From an uncultured candidate division Zixibacteria bacterium (GTDB taxonomy: Bacteria > Zixibacteria > MSB-5A5 > GN15 > PGXB01), in NCBI GenBank assembly GCA_963702205.1, contig OY969724.1, forward strand, positions 1,792,001 to 1,856,000: a stretch of DNA of 64,000 nucleotides. The letters run 5' to 3'. This document shows positions 41,605 to 50,471 of the stretch, in pieces. Positions within the stretch are counted from its first letter, which is position 1. Every line of letters begins with the position of its first letter. The notes beneath the pieces are model-generated. The model ran no database searches and was not told the DNA's origin. It saw only the letters and a program-made list of their open reading frames with translations. The position numbers and the translations under genes are program-made.

Positions 41605-42474
41605 ATGGACACGATTTCTGTAAAAGCGCCGGCCAAGATTAATCTGTTTTTGAAAGTTCTTGGTAAGCGGCCCGACGGTTATCACGACCTTCTATCCTGG
41701 TTTCAGGCGGTCGACCTATTCGATCGGCTGACTATCTCCAAATCCCCGGAGCCGGGATTTAACATCGACGTCTCGGGTGAATTCGACGCCCCGACCGATG
41801 AACTAAACACCGTTTATGGGGCCTGTCGGATTTTGTTCGAACGATTCAACTTGCCGGGAGGAGTGGACATTTCGCTGGAAAAGCACATCCCGACCGAGGC
41901 CGGGCTGGGGGGAGGGTCCTCGGACGCCGCTTCGGCGATTTATGCCGTAAACCGTCTTTTCGATCTGAATATGACAGATTCTGACATGGCGGAAGCGGGG
42001 CTTGAAATCGGCTCGGACGTGCCGTTTTTCTTCTCGACGGGGCAGGCGGAGGTGACCGGCAGGGGTGAAAAAGTCAATAATATTGAGCTGCCGCGGGATT
42101 ATTTCGTGGTTTTGATAAAGCCGTCGTTTGGGGTGTCGACGGCCGAGGCTTACCGGTTGTTGAAAATGGACTTGACAAGCCCAAACAGCGGTATTAAGTT
42201 ATTACGTTATAAAAATTTCAGGGCTATGGTTAAGGCCGTTTCCGAGCATGAGAATGATTTTGAGGAGTTGCAGTTCGGACGTTTCCCGGAGTTAGCACAA
42301 ATCAAAGAAAAACTGGTGGCGGCTGGCGCTTTATTAGCACGCTTAAGCGGTTCTGGTCCTGCAATGTTTGGCTTGTTTGATAGATTGCCTGAGAGGGGTA
42401 TTGTGCAGCGAATTGCCGGGGGAAATTGGCTGGCCTGTGATTTAAGGCCGATCTCCCTGCCCGCTTGGGAATGA
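41605..42474 (+). CDS. ispE: 4-diphosphocytidyl-2-C-methyl-D-erythritol kinase
   Basis: APAKINLFL, AGLGGGSSDAA, GSDVPFF and LSGSG; start moved to MDTISVK. Confidence 0.96.
   Translation: MDTISVKAPAKINLFLKVLGKRPDGYHDLLSWFQAVDLFDRLTISKSPEPGFNIDVSGEFDAPTDELNTVYGACRILFERFNLPGGVDISLEKHIPTEAGLGGGSSDAASAIYAVNRLFDLNMTDSDMAEAGLEIGSDVPFFFSTGQAEVTGRGEKVNNIELPRDYFVVLIKPSFGVSTAEAYRLLKMDLTSPNSGIKLLRYKNFRAMVKAVSEHENDFEELQFGRFPELAQIKEKLVAAGALLARLSGSGPAMFGLFDRLPERGIVQRIAGGNWLACDLRPISLPAWE
42172..42200 (+). promoter_or_regulatory. Candidate sigma70 promoter inside ispE for spoVG-tRNA-prs-rplY
   Basis: TTGACA-N17-TAAGTT. Confidence 0.5.
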
Positions 42475-42505
42475 GGGTTCGCTAATTTTAGCGTTAGGAG
42501 AAATC

Positions 42506-42781
42506 GTGGAGATCACAGAAATCAGAATCATCCTGCGAGATGAAGAAAGGTTGAAAGGTTTCGCCAATGTGACCTTCAATAACGCCTTCGTCATTCGTGG
42601 CATGAAAATAATATCCGGCAACAAGGGATATTTCGTTTCCATGCCCAGCAGGAAAAGACCGGACGGAACGCATCAGGATGTCGCCCACCCGATCAATAAC
42701 GAGACGAGGCAGATGATCGAGGAAAAAGTCCTGGAAGCTTATGAGGCTGAACTGAAGACAAAGACAGCCGAAGCCAGTTAA
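42506..42781 (+). CDS. spoVG: SpoVG family protein
   Basis: FVSMPSRK and DVAHPIN; AGGAG RBS. Confidence 0.95.
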   Translation: MEITEIRIILRDEERLKGFANVTFNNAFVIRGMKIISGNKGYFVSMPSRKRPDGTHQDVAHPINNETRQMIEEKVLEAYEAELKTKTAEAS

Positions 42782-42791
42782 AAAAATTTAC

Positions 42792-42866
42792 TGGGGTGTC
42801 GTCAAGCGGTAAGACACAAGCCTTTGGAGCTTGCATTCGGAGGTTCGAATCCTCCCACCCCAGCCA
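42792..42866 (+). tRNA. tRNA-Gln (anticodon TTG)
   Basis: TGGGGTG...CACCCCA acceptor stem, CTTTGGA anticodon loop, GGTTCGAATCC T-arm and encoded CCA. Confidence 0.97.
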
Positions 42867-42931
42867 AATTTTAGCCAGGCCATTTGAGATTTAATGCAGG
42901 AGAGCAAATTTACCACCATTAGATAAATACC

Positions 42932-43876
42932 ATGTCAGAATTAAAGCTTATCACCGGCAGATCTAACCGTCCCCTCGCCGAACAAATCGCCCGCTATATC
43001 GGAGTTGATTTAACCGCTTGTGAATTGCGGAATTTTTCCGATGGCGAATTGTTTGTCCAGATAAACGAGAATATTCGGGGAGCGGACGTCTTTATAATCC
43101 AGTCAACCAACCCTCCGGCGGAGAATATGCTGGAGCTGTTGATATTGATCGAGGCGGCGAGGCGCGCATCGGCGTCGCGTATAACCGCCGTGATACCGTA
43201 CTATGGCTACGCCCGGCAGGACAGAAAAGACAAGCCGCGGGTGGCGATCACCGCCAAGCTTATCGCGAATCTTATCACCACCGCAGGCGCGGACCGTATC
43301 ATAACGATGGACCTGCACGCTTCACAAATCCAGGGCTTTTTCGATATCCCGCACGATCACCTGTATTCCACCCGGGTGTTCAAAGATTACCTTGAAAATA
43401 TGAACATGGCCAACACGGTTATCGTGTCGCCGGACGTGGGGTCGATCAAAATGGCCCGGGCTTTCGCCAAGGCTTTCCATTGCAGTCTGGCGATTATCGA
43501 CAAACGCCGCCCGGAACCGAACAAATCGGAAGTTGTAAACGTTATCGGCGATGTGAAAGGGAAAAATGTCATAATCCGCGATGATATGGTCGACACGGCC
43601 GGAACGTTGTGCCAGGCGGCTGAAGCCGTCTCGGAGCTTGGTGCCCTGGACGTTTTTGCCATCTGTACCCATGCCGTTTTGTCCGGGAGCGCCATCAACC
43701 GGATCGTCAAATCGCCCATAAAGAAGATGATTATATCGGATTCGATAAATGGAAATAAAAAAGACCTGCCGGAGTTGTTTCAGGTCCTGAGCTGCGCCAA
43801 GCTGTTCGGCGAAGCTATCATGAGAATCTCCGGCGAAAAATCGGTATCGTCGCTTTTCGACGATCTGCCGGTTTAG
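42932..43876 (+). CDS. prs: Ribose-phosphate pyrophosphokinase
   Basis: FSDGE, YARQDRK, DLHASQIQGFF and DDMVDTAGT. Confidence 0.97.
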   Translation: MSELKLITGRSNRPLAEQIARYIGVDLTACELRNFSDGELFVQINENIRGADVFIIQSTNPPAENMLELLILIEAARRASASRITAVIPYYGYARQDRKDKPRVAITAKLIANLITTAGADRIITMDLHASQIQGFFDIPHDHLYSTRVFKDYLENMNMANTVIVSPDVGSIKMARAFAKAFHCSLAIIDKRRPEPNKSEVVNVIGDVKGKNVIIRDDMVDTAGTLCQAAEAVSELGALDVFAICTHAVLSGSAINRIVKSPIKKMIISDSINGNKKDLPELFQVLSCAKLFGEAIMRISGEKSVSSLFDDLPV

Positions 43877-43911
43877 ACCGCAAATTTTGTTAAGGAGGTT
43901 TATAGATCACG

Positions 43912-44583
43912 ATGGAAGACATCAGACTCAGTGCCGAAAAACGTCAAACCACCGGAAAAGGCGAGGCCCGCAAAACCAGAGTCGAGGGATTTTTGCCGGG
44001 CGTCCTGTACGGACCGGAGACGGAAGCGATTGCGATTTTCCTGAAAACCCGGGAACTGGAGGGGCTGCTGCGGAAGCACGGCAGCACGAATATGCTCATC
44101 AACCTCGACCTGGCCGAAGACAAAAGCGGCGAGCGTAAGGTTCTCATTCGCGAACTCCAGCGAGATCCGATCGTCGGATCGCTCAAGCACGTGGACCTGT
44201 ATCAGGTATCCATGAGCAAGAAGATCAGCATGTCGATCAGGATTCACCTGACGGGAACGCCGGAAGGCGTCAAGCTGGGCGGTATTCTCCAGCACATTAT
44301 CCGTGACCTGGATATAAACTGTCTGCCCGGAGATATTCCGGGGGCGGTGGAAGTCGACGTATCCGCGATGAATATCGGTGACTCGATCCATGTGGGCCAC
44401 ATCGAGCTCGAAAACGTGGAAGTGCTCACCAGTCCCAACCGGACGATCGTGACGGTTGTCCCGCCGACGGTTATCAAAGAGACGACCACTGCGGCCGCCG
44501 AGGGTGAAGCCGCCGAGGGCGAAGGTGAAGCCGCCGAGGGCGAAGAAGGCAAGAAGGAAGAAGCTGCAGAAGAGAATGAATAA
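43912..44583 (+). CDS. rplY: 50S ribosomal protein L25/Ctc
   Basis: PGVLYG, HVDL, GVKLGG and an acidic tail. Confidence 0.95.
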   Translation: MEDIRLSAEKRQTTGKGEARKTRVEGFLPGVLYGPETEAIAIFLKTRELEGLLRKHGSTNMLINLDLAEDKSGERKVLIRELQRDPIVGSLKHVDLYQVSMSKKISMSIRIHLTGTPEGVKLGGILQHIIRDLDINCLPGDIPGAVEVDVSAMNIGDSIHVGHIELENVEVLTSPNRTIVTVVPPTVIKETTTAAAEGEAAEGEGEAAEGEEGKKEEAAEENE

Positions 44584-44608
44584 TCTTTTTGTGCATATTC
44601 CGAAATAT

Positions 44609-44632
44609 AAGCCGCCTTCGGGCGGCTTTTTT
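44609..44632 (+). terminator. Intrinsic terminator after rplY
   Basis: AAGCCGCC-TTCG-GGCGGCTTTTTT. Confidence 0.9.
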
Positions 44633-44706
44633 AATGCGTGATTAATTGACTTTTGGAACATCCGATTATATAAATATAGTTATAAAGTAATAGATTGGTA
44701 CAAATT

Positions 44707-45042
44707 ATGGTCAGAAAACCCAAAATGCTGCAGATCGACGCGCGGACGTACAGCCGCTATTTCAAAGCGTTCGGGGAGCCGACCCGGCTCAAGATACTGG
44801 CGCTCCTGGCCGACGGCGAAATGACGGTCAACGAAATTACCGAGGCGGTCGGATTGTCGCAGCCGACGGTCAGCCGCCACCTGGCGCAACTACGCGACGC
44901 CGATATAGTCATAGACCGGCGCGACGGCCAAAGAATCTACTACAGCCTCAATAAAGACGTCATCTCCGAGTGCTGCAACGGTTTCTGCGACTGTCTTCGG
45001 GTGATCCAGATTACGCCCGACAAGAAATCCCGGAAAAAGTAA
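44707..45042 (+). CDS. ArsR/SmtB family metalloregulator
   Basis: FKAFGEPTRLKIL and SQPTVSRHLAQL; C-terminal CCNGFCDC. Confidence 0.9.
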   Translation: MVRKPKMLQIDARTYSRYFKAFGEPTRLKILALLADGEMTVNEITEAVGLSQPTVSRHLAQLRDADIVIDRRDGQRIYYSLNKDVISECCNGFCDCLRVIQITPDKKSRKK

Positions 45043-45061
45043 AATTTTTTGGAAACTTATA

Positions 45062-45091
45062 TTGCCATATACGTATATTCATATATATATG
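45062..45091 (+). promoter_or_regulatory. Candidate promoter with overlapping ArsR-type operator
   Basis: TTGCCA -35 followed by the imperfect AT-rich palindrome CATATACGTATATTCATATATATATG. Confidence 0.5.
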
Positions 45092-45114
45092 TAGTCAGAA
45101 AGGAGGTGAAAGCC

Positions 45115-45300
45115 GTGGAAAAAGAAATCGGTTCGATCAAAGTTACCGAAACCGACGACGGGTATCGGATCGACGTCGCCGGGAAGGACCTGAAAGGTCT
45201 GATGCCCTGCTGTATCCCGCTGGCCGGGTGCTGCGATGCGAAAGAGGGATCGTGCTGTGTGAAAATTGTCAAAGGCGAAAAAGACTCGGAGTGCTGCTGA
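45115..45300 (+). CDS. Small Cys-Cys-rich protein (putative metal-binding)
   Basis: AGGAGGT RBS and GTG start; 61 aa with four CC pairs. Confidence 0.75.
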   Translation: MEKEIGSIKVTETDDGYRIDVAGKDLKGLMPCCIPLAGCCDAKEGSCCVKIVKGEKDSECC

Positions 45301-45665
45301 ACATTCATCTGGTTTCGGGCTCTCCGGTGAGAACCATTTAACAAGGTGGCGGTTATGAACAGGTATTCGATTCCCAGAATAGCGCACTGCAGCAACGGCT
45401 GTAGTATTCGGTCCCGGGCACGACCTTAAACTGCCCACCGGTTTATCAGTTTGTTTGTTTGTAGAGTATCATTGTCTACAATTCCCCTCAATTAATTATA
45501 GCTGCATGTGTTAGGCGTAAATGGGTTCGTTCTTGAAAATTCAATTTTCATTTCCTTCCCAATTAGTGTGGCATTTTAGATTCAATATTGGCTTCATAGT
45601 AAAGGGGGACGCTCTGAATCAACATCGGTTTGGGGGTGGAATTGTGAATGATTGGTTTCTTTTGC

Positions 45666-45728
45666 CGTCGGGAAGGGGTTCCCGACGATGCAAATAAAGA
45701 CTGGATTCCCGCCTGCGCGGGAATGACA
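45666..45728. repeat. REP-like palindromes
   Basis: CGTCGGGAA-GGGG-TTCCCGACG and CTGGATTCCCGCCTGCGCGGGAATGACA. Confidence 0.75.
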
Positions 45729-45771
45729 TTAATCGGTAGCTCTGATGATTAAAGAGATTTTGTATAAATAA

Positions 45772-47361
45772 TCATTTCATCAATATCATCTTCTTAGAAT
45801 ACATGGCTTCGTCGGTGGCCAGGCGGTATAAATAAACGCCGGAAGCGAGCGGTTTATTGGAATTGTCGGTGCCGTTCCACTTTACGTTGTATGTCCCGGC
45901 CGGGAGGTCTTTATCAATCAGTTGAGCCACTTCCTGTCCGAGGATATTGTGTATGGTCAATGCGGCGTGGGTTTTATATGGGATCTCGAAGGAAATGGTC
46001 GTTGTTGGATTAAATGGGTTAGGATAGTTTTGATATAGCTTAAACGAATTCGGTATGGTCGGTTCATAGTCATAGGGAACGTCGACTGTTGAATTATCCC
46101 AGCCGGAAAAAATATGAACTCGGCTGTTCCAGAGTATAAATGGTTCGGTTTGAGTTCTCGAAGCAAAATCATCTATTCCATCGCCGTTAAAATCGCCTAT
46201 ACCGGAGACAGTCCAGCCAAGGCATGATTCCGGTTCCGGCATTTCATCCTCATCCAACATTATGTCGGCAACGGAATCTGCGTCCGGACCTCCCAGGTAA
46301 CCGTAAATTTCGGAGTCGAACCAATCCGAATAAACGCCGATGATTAGATCAAGATAACCATCGCTGTTTATATCTCCTGCAATATCGACGCTGGTCTGCA
46401 CAAAATAACCCCCATATCTGGATTTATTGGTGACAATGTCCAGTTCGCCATCATAATCCGGACCCCCGAGAAAAATACCATACGGTTGAGGGCTGTTACC
46501 ACCGATATACAAATCTTCATAACCGTCCCCGTTAAAATCGCCGACTGGCATAAGAAATTCGCCAAACGCAGAACCGCTTCCGGGTATTTCAAAATTCTGG
46601 TTTGAATCGAAGTCAGGGCCACCCCAATAGAACTGGATACCATATGAATCATGATTATAATATGATGACACAGCCAAGTCTTTATATCCATCACCATTAT
46701 AATCTATCAGTACTGCCCTATGCCCAAATCCAGTAGTTTGATTTGATATTATATAATCAGGAATATCATCCATATCTGAACCCAATTTATAAATATAAAC
46801 ATCTCCACCGTTTACGTCTTGAGTTAAAACCAAGTCCAAGACGCCATCATCATCAATATCACCGGGCTTTCCAACATATGCCCAGACACCAGTAAATGTG
46901 AAATCGGGGATGTCATCCATATCCGGCCCGCCATAATAAATATATATTTCTTGGACCAAACCGTCGGAGCGGGCGAGATCATCGTATCCATCACCATTAA
47001 TATCACCAATGTTGTAAGTCAGCTTTGTGAAATTTCCAAAAATCCTATCAGGGATTTCATCGGGCGGATTGCCCCCATAATAAAGGAAACAACTGTCGTC
47101 CGCCCAGGAATAGCCACGACGTCCTCTGCAAATTAGGATATCGCTGTAATTGTCACCATTGATATCTCCTAGTGGGATAATACCGTCTCCCAAAAAAGTG
47201 CTATCGCGATAATCGTGAATAACCAACAACCTTTCAAGCGAGTCAATGCCGGCTTTCTCGGAATAAACGCCTTGAGTTACCCAGTCAGCGGAGGAAATCA
47301 AGGGGATGATTAAGATAAATAATGATATTAAGATTGTTTGAAACATGGATGCCTTAGGCAT
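45772..47361 (-). CDS. Secreted FG-GAP repeat protein with C-terminal T9SS-type/FlgD-like domain
   Basis: Repeated GDINGDGYDD motifs; LYQNYPNPFNPTTTISF and ASGVYLYRL. Confidence 0.9.
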   Translation of the reverse strand: MPKASMFQTILISLFILIIPLISSADWVTQGVYSEKAGIDSLERLLVIHDYRDSTFLGDGIIPLGDINGDNYSDILICRGRRGYSWADDSCFLYYGGNPPDEIPDRIFGNFTKLTYNIGDINGDGYDDLARSDGLVQEIYIYYGGPDMDDIPDFTFTGVWAYVGKPGDIDDDGVLDLVLTQDVNGGDVYIYKLGSDMDDIPDYIISNQTTGFGHRAVLIDYNGDGYKDLAVSSYYNHDSYGIQFYWGGPDFDSNQNFEIPGSGSAFGEFLMPVGDFNGDGYEDLYIGGNSPQPYGIFLGGPDYDGELDIVTNKSRYGGYFVQTSVDIAGDINSDGYLDLIIGVYSDWFDSEIYGYLGGPDADSVADIMLDEDEMPEPESCLGWTVSGIGDFNGDGIDDFASRTQTEPFILWNSRVHIFSGWDNSTVDVPYDYEPTIPNSFKLYQNYPNPFNPTTTISFEIPYKTHAALTIHNILGQEVAQLIDKDLPAGTYNVKWNGTDNSNKPLASGVYLYRLATDEAMYSKKMILMK

Positions 47362-47450
47362 GATAGGTCCCCCAAATTACTTGCTAAACTCCTATAATAT
47401 AATATTAATAATGGATTTGGTTTTGTCAATGCTGAATGCGAGTGTGGAAT

Positions 47451-47806
47451 GTCGTCGGGAAAGGGTTCCCGACGACGCGGGCAGGGGGGCACATCGCCAA
47501 AATAGCCCCAGTACTTCTTCAATGTCATATGTCCCCTCCAATGTCATACCCGCGTAGGCGGGTATCCAGTTTTCGTAGGTCATGCCCACTTGGAGCATGA
47601 CATCTTTAATATAATCAAATAAAGATGTCAGGAGCGCCCTTCGCAACGCTCGCTGCGCAGATTCAGCGCAGGCAGGACCTTCGGCACGGCTCCTGACCTA
47701 CTTAAGAAGGATTAGCTGCGATTATGTGACCGGCAGACGCCCTCGTCTGCCGTTTGTTGGATCGTGCCATAAATCAACGAGGCGTCAGACGAGGGCGTCT
47801 AACGCC
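47451..47806. repeat. Mosaic of REP-like palindromes and doublets
   Basis: GTCGTCGGGAA/TTCCCGACGAC; TGTCATACCCGCGTAGGCGGGTATCCAG; GTAG...CTAC doublet at 47575-47701; AGACG-CCCT-CGTCT doublet at 47731-47806. Confidence 0.8.
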
Positions 47807-47812
47807 CACGGT

Positions 47813-47859
47813 GTCCAGTCTTTCTTGCTGGTCATTATGTAGACATAATGCGATTTCAT
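47813..47859 (-). pseudogene. GIY-YIG (YhbQ-like) endonuclease 5' fragment
   Basis: MKSHYVYIMTSKK, then similarity is lost at a REP palindrome. Confidence 0.55.
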
Positions 47860-47930
47860 GAAGACCCTGGATTCCCGCCCTTCATTCTTCAGCGCCTTCA
47901 GTGTACGCGGGTATCCGAGGGAATTAAGAA

Positions 47931-47959
47931 CTGGATCCCGGGTCAAGCCCGGGATGACA
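47931..47959 (-). repeat. REP element
   Basis: Reverse complement TGTCATCCCGGGCTTGACCCGGGATCCAG differs by one base from 36493-36521. Confidence 0.85.
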
Positions 47960-48019
47960 ATATTGGTGTGCGGAAAAACATTTTTGGTGCAGAGTGACAT
48001 TATGGCCCGGTTTGGGAAA

Positions 48020-50416
48020 TTACATCATATCGTGGGGGTCGATGTCGATGGTGACGCGGACGGTCGAAGAAAGGCCGAAGTTGCGGGCGGTGCGCTCCCA
48101 GTCGGAAATAATGTGCACCAACGAACTAACCTTAGCGGTTTTGATTAATATATGCCGGCGGTACATACCCCGAAGCGTATAAAAATGGCACATGGCCGGG
48201 CCGAGGACAATCGCTTTGTGTTTATCCGAGATCAGGCGTTTTTCCAGCTCTTTTTTAAATTGTAAGGCCTGAGTCTTGACAGTCGCTTCGGTCTTGCCTG
48301 AGAATCGTACATTGACCAGATGACTGAATGGCGGATAGTGCAATGACTGACGGGTCTGGATCTCTCTCTCGTAAAACGAATCGTAATCCTGCCGCGCGGC
48401 ATCGTCGATAAGCTCCAGTTCGGGCTGGAAGGTCTGTATGATCACCTCGCCGGGTACCTGGCCGCGTCCGGAGCGTCCGGAAACCTGAATCAGCTTGGCG
48501 AACAGCTTTTCGGGAGCGCGGAAGTCGGGCATGTCCATGCCAAGGTCGGCCATAAGCACCCCGACAAGGCTGACGTCGGGAAAGTCGATGCCTTTGGTCA
48601 CCATCTGCGTGCCGAGCAGGATGTCATATTTTTTCTGTGCGAAATCGTTGAGCGTGATATGCGCCTGTTCGCGTTTGCGGGCATTGTCGGAATCGAGCCG
48701 TACCGCGCGCGGTGAGTCGAAAATCTCGGATAGTGCATTTTCGATTTTTTGCGTCCCCGCACCGAGATATAAAAAGTCGGTCCCGCCGCACTTCTGACAG
48801 ACGTCGTAGTGGGCGTAGGAATAATCGCAGAGGTGGCAAAGCAGCCGCTGGCCGTGCTTGTGGTAGGCCATTGGCACCTGGCAGTGCGGGCATTCCGGAG
48901 TGTGACCGCAGGTGGTGCATTTGATTCGGGGCGAGAAACCGCGACGGTTGAGGTACAAGATCACCTGATTATTTTTCTTCAGCGCATCTTTTATGTGGCT
49001 CTTGAGAATCGACGAGAAATACGCCTGTTCGGGATTGAAATATTCGTTTTTGAGATCGACCAACCGCACGAAAGGCGTGGTTGCTTTTTCCGGTCTTCTG
49101 GTCAGGCGGATCATTTGATAGCGTTCTTTTTGGGCGTTGTGGTACGATTCAAACGACGGTGTCGCCGAACCGAGGACGACCGGGATGTCGAGCATTTTGG
49201 CGCGCATGACGGCGGCATCGCGGGCGTGAAAGCGCGGCGCGGGGTCATCCTGCTTGTAAGACTCATCGTGTTCCTCGTCGACGATAATCAAGCCCGGATT
49301 ATTAAGCGGTGCAAATATAGCCGAACGGGCGCCGACGACGATATCGAACCGTCCGTCTCTAACTCTCTGCCAGATGCCCAGCCGCTGGCTCGGATTTATG
49401 GCCGAGTGCATGATAGCGACCCGGTCAGGGAAGTACGCCCGGAGCGAGGCCAGAAGCGTCCCGGCCAGAGCTATCTCCGGCACCAGAAATAGTACCGTCC
49501 TGCCCTGCCTGATAATCTCGCGCGCGACGTGGCAGTACACCAGAGTCTTGCCCGATCCCGTGATGCCGTAGAGAAGGGCCGGATGGAAGTGTTCAGAGTG
49601 GTCCAGAAGCGATTTAATCGCGTCGGCCTGTTCGCCGGTTGGCACCAGCTTGTCGATATCGGGACGCGGCTTTATGTACGGCAGCAATTCCGGAAGACCA
49701 AAAACCGGACGGATGATATTTTTGTCTTTCAGTTTCCTAAAGGCGTATTCGGACAGACCCGAGGCGAGGCATTCTTTTTTTGAAATGTACTTACCGATCT
49801 CAGCCAGGGGTTTTAAAATGTCCGGGACGTTCGCGCTGTCGCCGGATTCGACGTTAATTGTATACCCCAAAAGAGTTCCGATATTTTCATCCGATGTTTG
49901 CGCCCAGGTTTCGGTCAGGACACCTTTATCAATCAGGGTGTCTATTAGCGCACCGTGTTTTTTTCTCAGTGCAGTCAGGGATCTGTCGGTGAGTGTGTCG
50001 CTTTCTTGCAGCATCTTTACCAATATTTCCGGAAGTTGCGACGCATTCATTTGATCCAATAAAGCCGCATTCACGAGGAAGTTCGGTTTTTTTATCTTAC
50101 GTAATTCCGGTGGCAGGGCCGACATAAGCACGTCGGCGATGTTGGCGCAATAGTACGTCGCCATCCAGTGCAGGAATTTGTACATGTCTTCGGGGAAAAG
50201 CGAATAGTGATCTATCACGGATAAAATGGGCTTAATGGCTGCCTGCGGTTTCTGATGAGTTTTTTCTATGAAAAATCCAAGAATCTTGCGGCGGCCGAAG
50301 GGCACCGCAATTCTTTGTCCCGGTTCCAGCCGCGCGGCATTTTCCGGAGTACAGGCATAGGTGAATAAAAGCCCGGTGGTGCCGGGGACGGCGATATTTA
50401 TCATAGATTGCGGCAT
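48020..50416 (-). CDS. priA: Primosomal protein N'
   Basis: GITGSGKT, DEEHD, LNRRG, four CxxC pairs, GTQMVTKG and QVSGRSGR. Confidence 0.97.
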   Translation of the reverse strand: MPQSMINIAVPGTTGLLFTYACTPENAARLEPGQRIAVPFGRRKILGFFIEKTHQKPQAAIKPILSVIDHYSLFPEDMYKFLHWMATYYCANIADVLMSALPPELRKIKKPNFLVNAALLDQMNASQLPEILVKMLQESDTLTDRSLTALRKKHGALIDTLIDKGVLTETWAQTSDENIGTLLGYTINVESGDSANVPDILKPLAEIGKYISKKECLASGLSEYAFRKLKDKNIIRPVFGLPELLPYIKPRPDIDKLVPTGEQADAIKSLLDHSEHFHPALLYGITGSGKTLVYCHVAREIIRQGRTVLFLVPEIALAGTLLASLRAYFPDRVAIMHSAINPSQRLGIWQRVRDGRFDIVVGARSAIFAPLNNPGLIIVDEEHDESYKQDDPAPRFHARDAAVMRAKMLDIPVVLGSATPSFESYHNAQKERYQMIRLTRRPEKATTPFVRLVDLKNEYFNPEQAYFSSILKSHIKDALKKNNQVILYLNRRGFSPRIKCTTCGHTPECPHCQVPMAYHKHGQRLLCHLCDYSYAHYDVCQKCGGTDFLYLGAGTQKIENALSEIFDSPRAVRLDSDNARKREQAHITLNDFAQKKYDILLGTQMVTKGIDFPDVSLVGVLMADLGMDMPDFRAPEKLFAKLIQVSGRSGRGQVPGEVIIQTFQPELELIDDAARQDYDSFYEREIQTRQSLHYPPFSHLVNVRFSGKTEATVKTQALQFKKELEKRLISDKHKAIVLGPAMCHFYTLRGMYRRHILIKTAKVSSLVHIISDWERTARNFGLSSTVRVTIDIDPHDMM

Positions 50417-50420
50417 AGAT

Positions 50421-50452
50421 AAAAAAAGGCAGGCCCACGACGGACCTGCCTT
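50421..50452 (-). terminator. Intrinsic terminator after the TPR gene
   Basis: AAGGCAGG-loop-CCTGCCTT followed by a U-tract on the minus strand. Confidence 0.7.
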
Positions 50453-50471
50453 GCGAATTTAGCCTTCCATT

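Noticed and set aside
42792..42866. tRNA-Gln as integration site for the accessory patches
   Set aside because: No duplicated tRNA 3' end and no integrase were seen; the tRNA is in its usual ispE-prs context.
44490..44550. Short repeats GCCGCCGAGGG(T/C)GAAG in rplY
   Set aside because: They encode the ordinary low-complexity Ala/Glu/Gly tail of L25/Ctc.
45298..45340. Selenocysteine read-through of the TGA ending the Cys-rich protein
   Set aside because: A second in-frame TGA follows 10 codons later, the extension is not protein-like, and the hairpin is not a convincing SECIS.
47785..48148. ORFs 47785-48000 and 47858-48148 as intact genes
   Set aside because: They are mostly REP-derived; only the short GIY-YIG-like fragment looks coding-derived.
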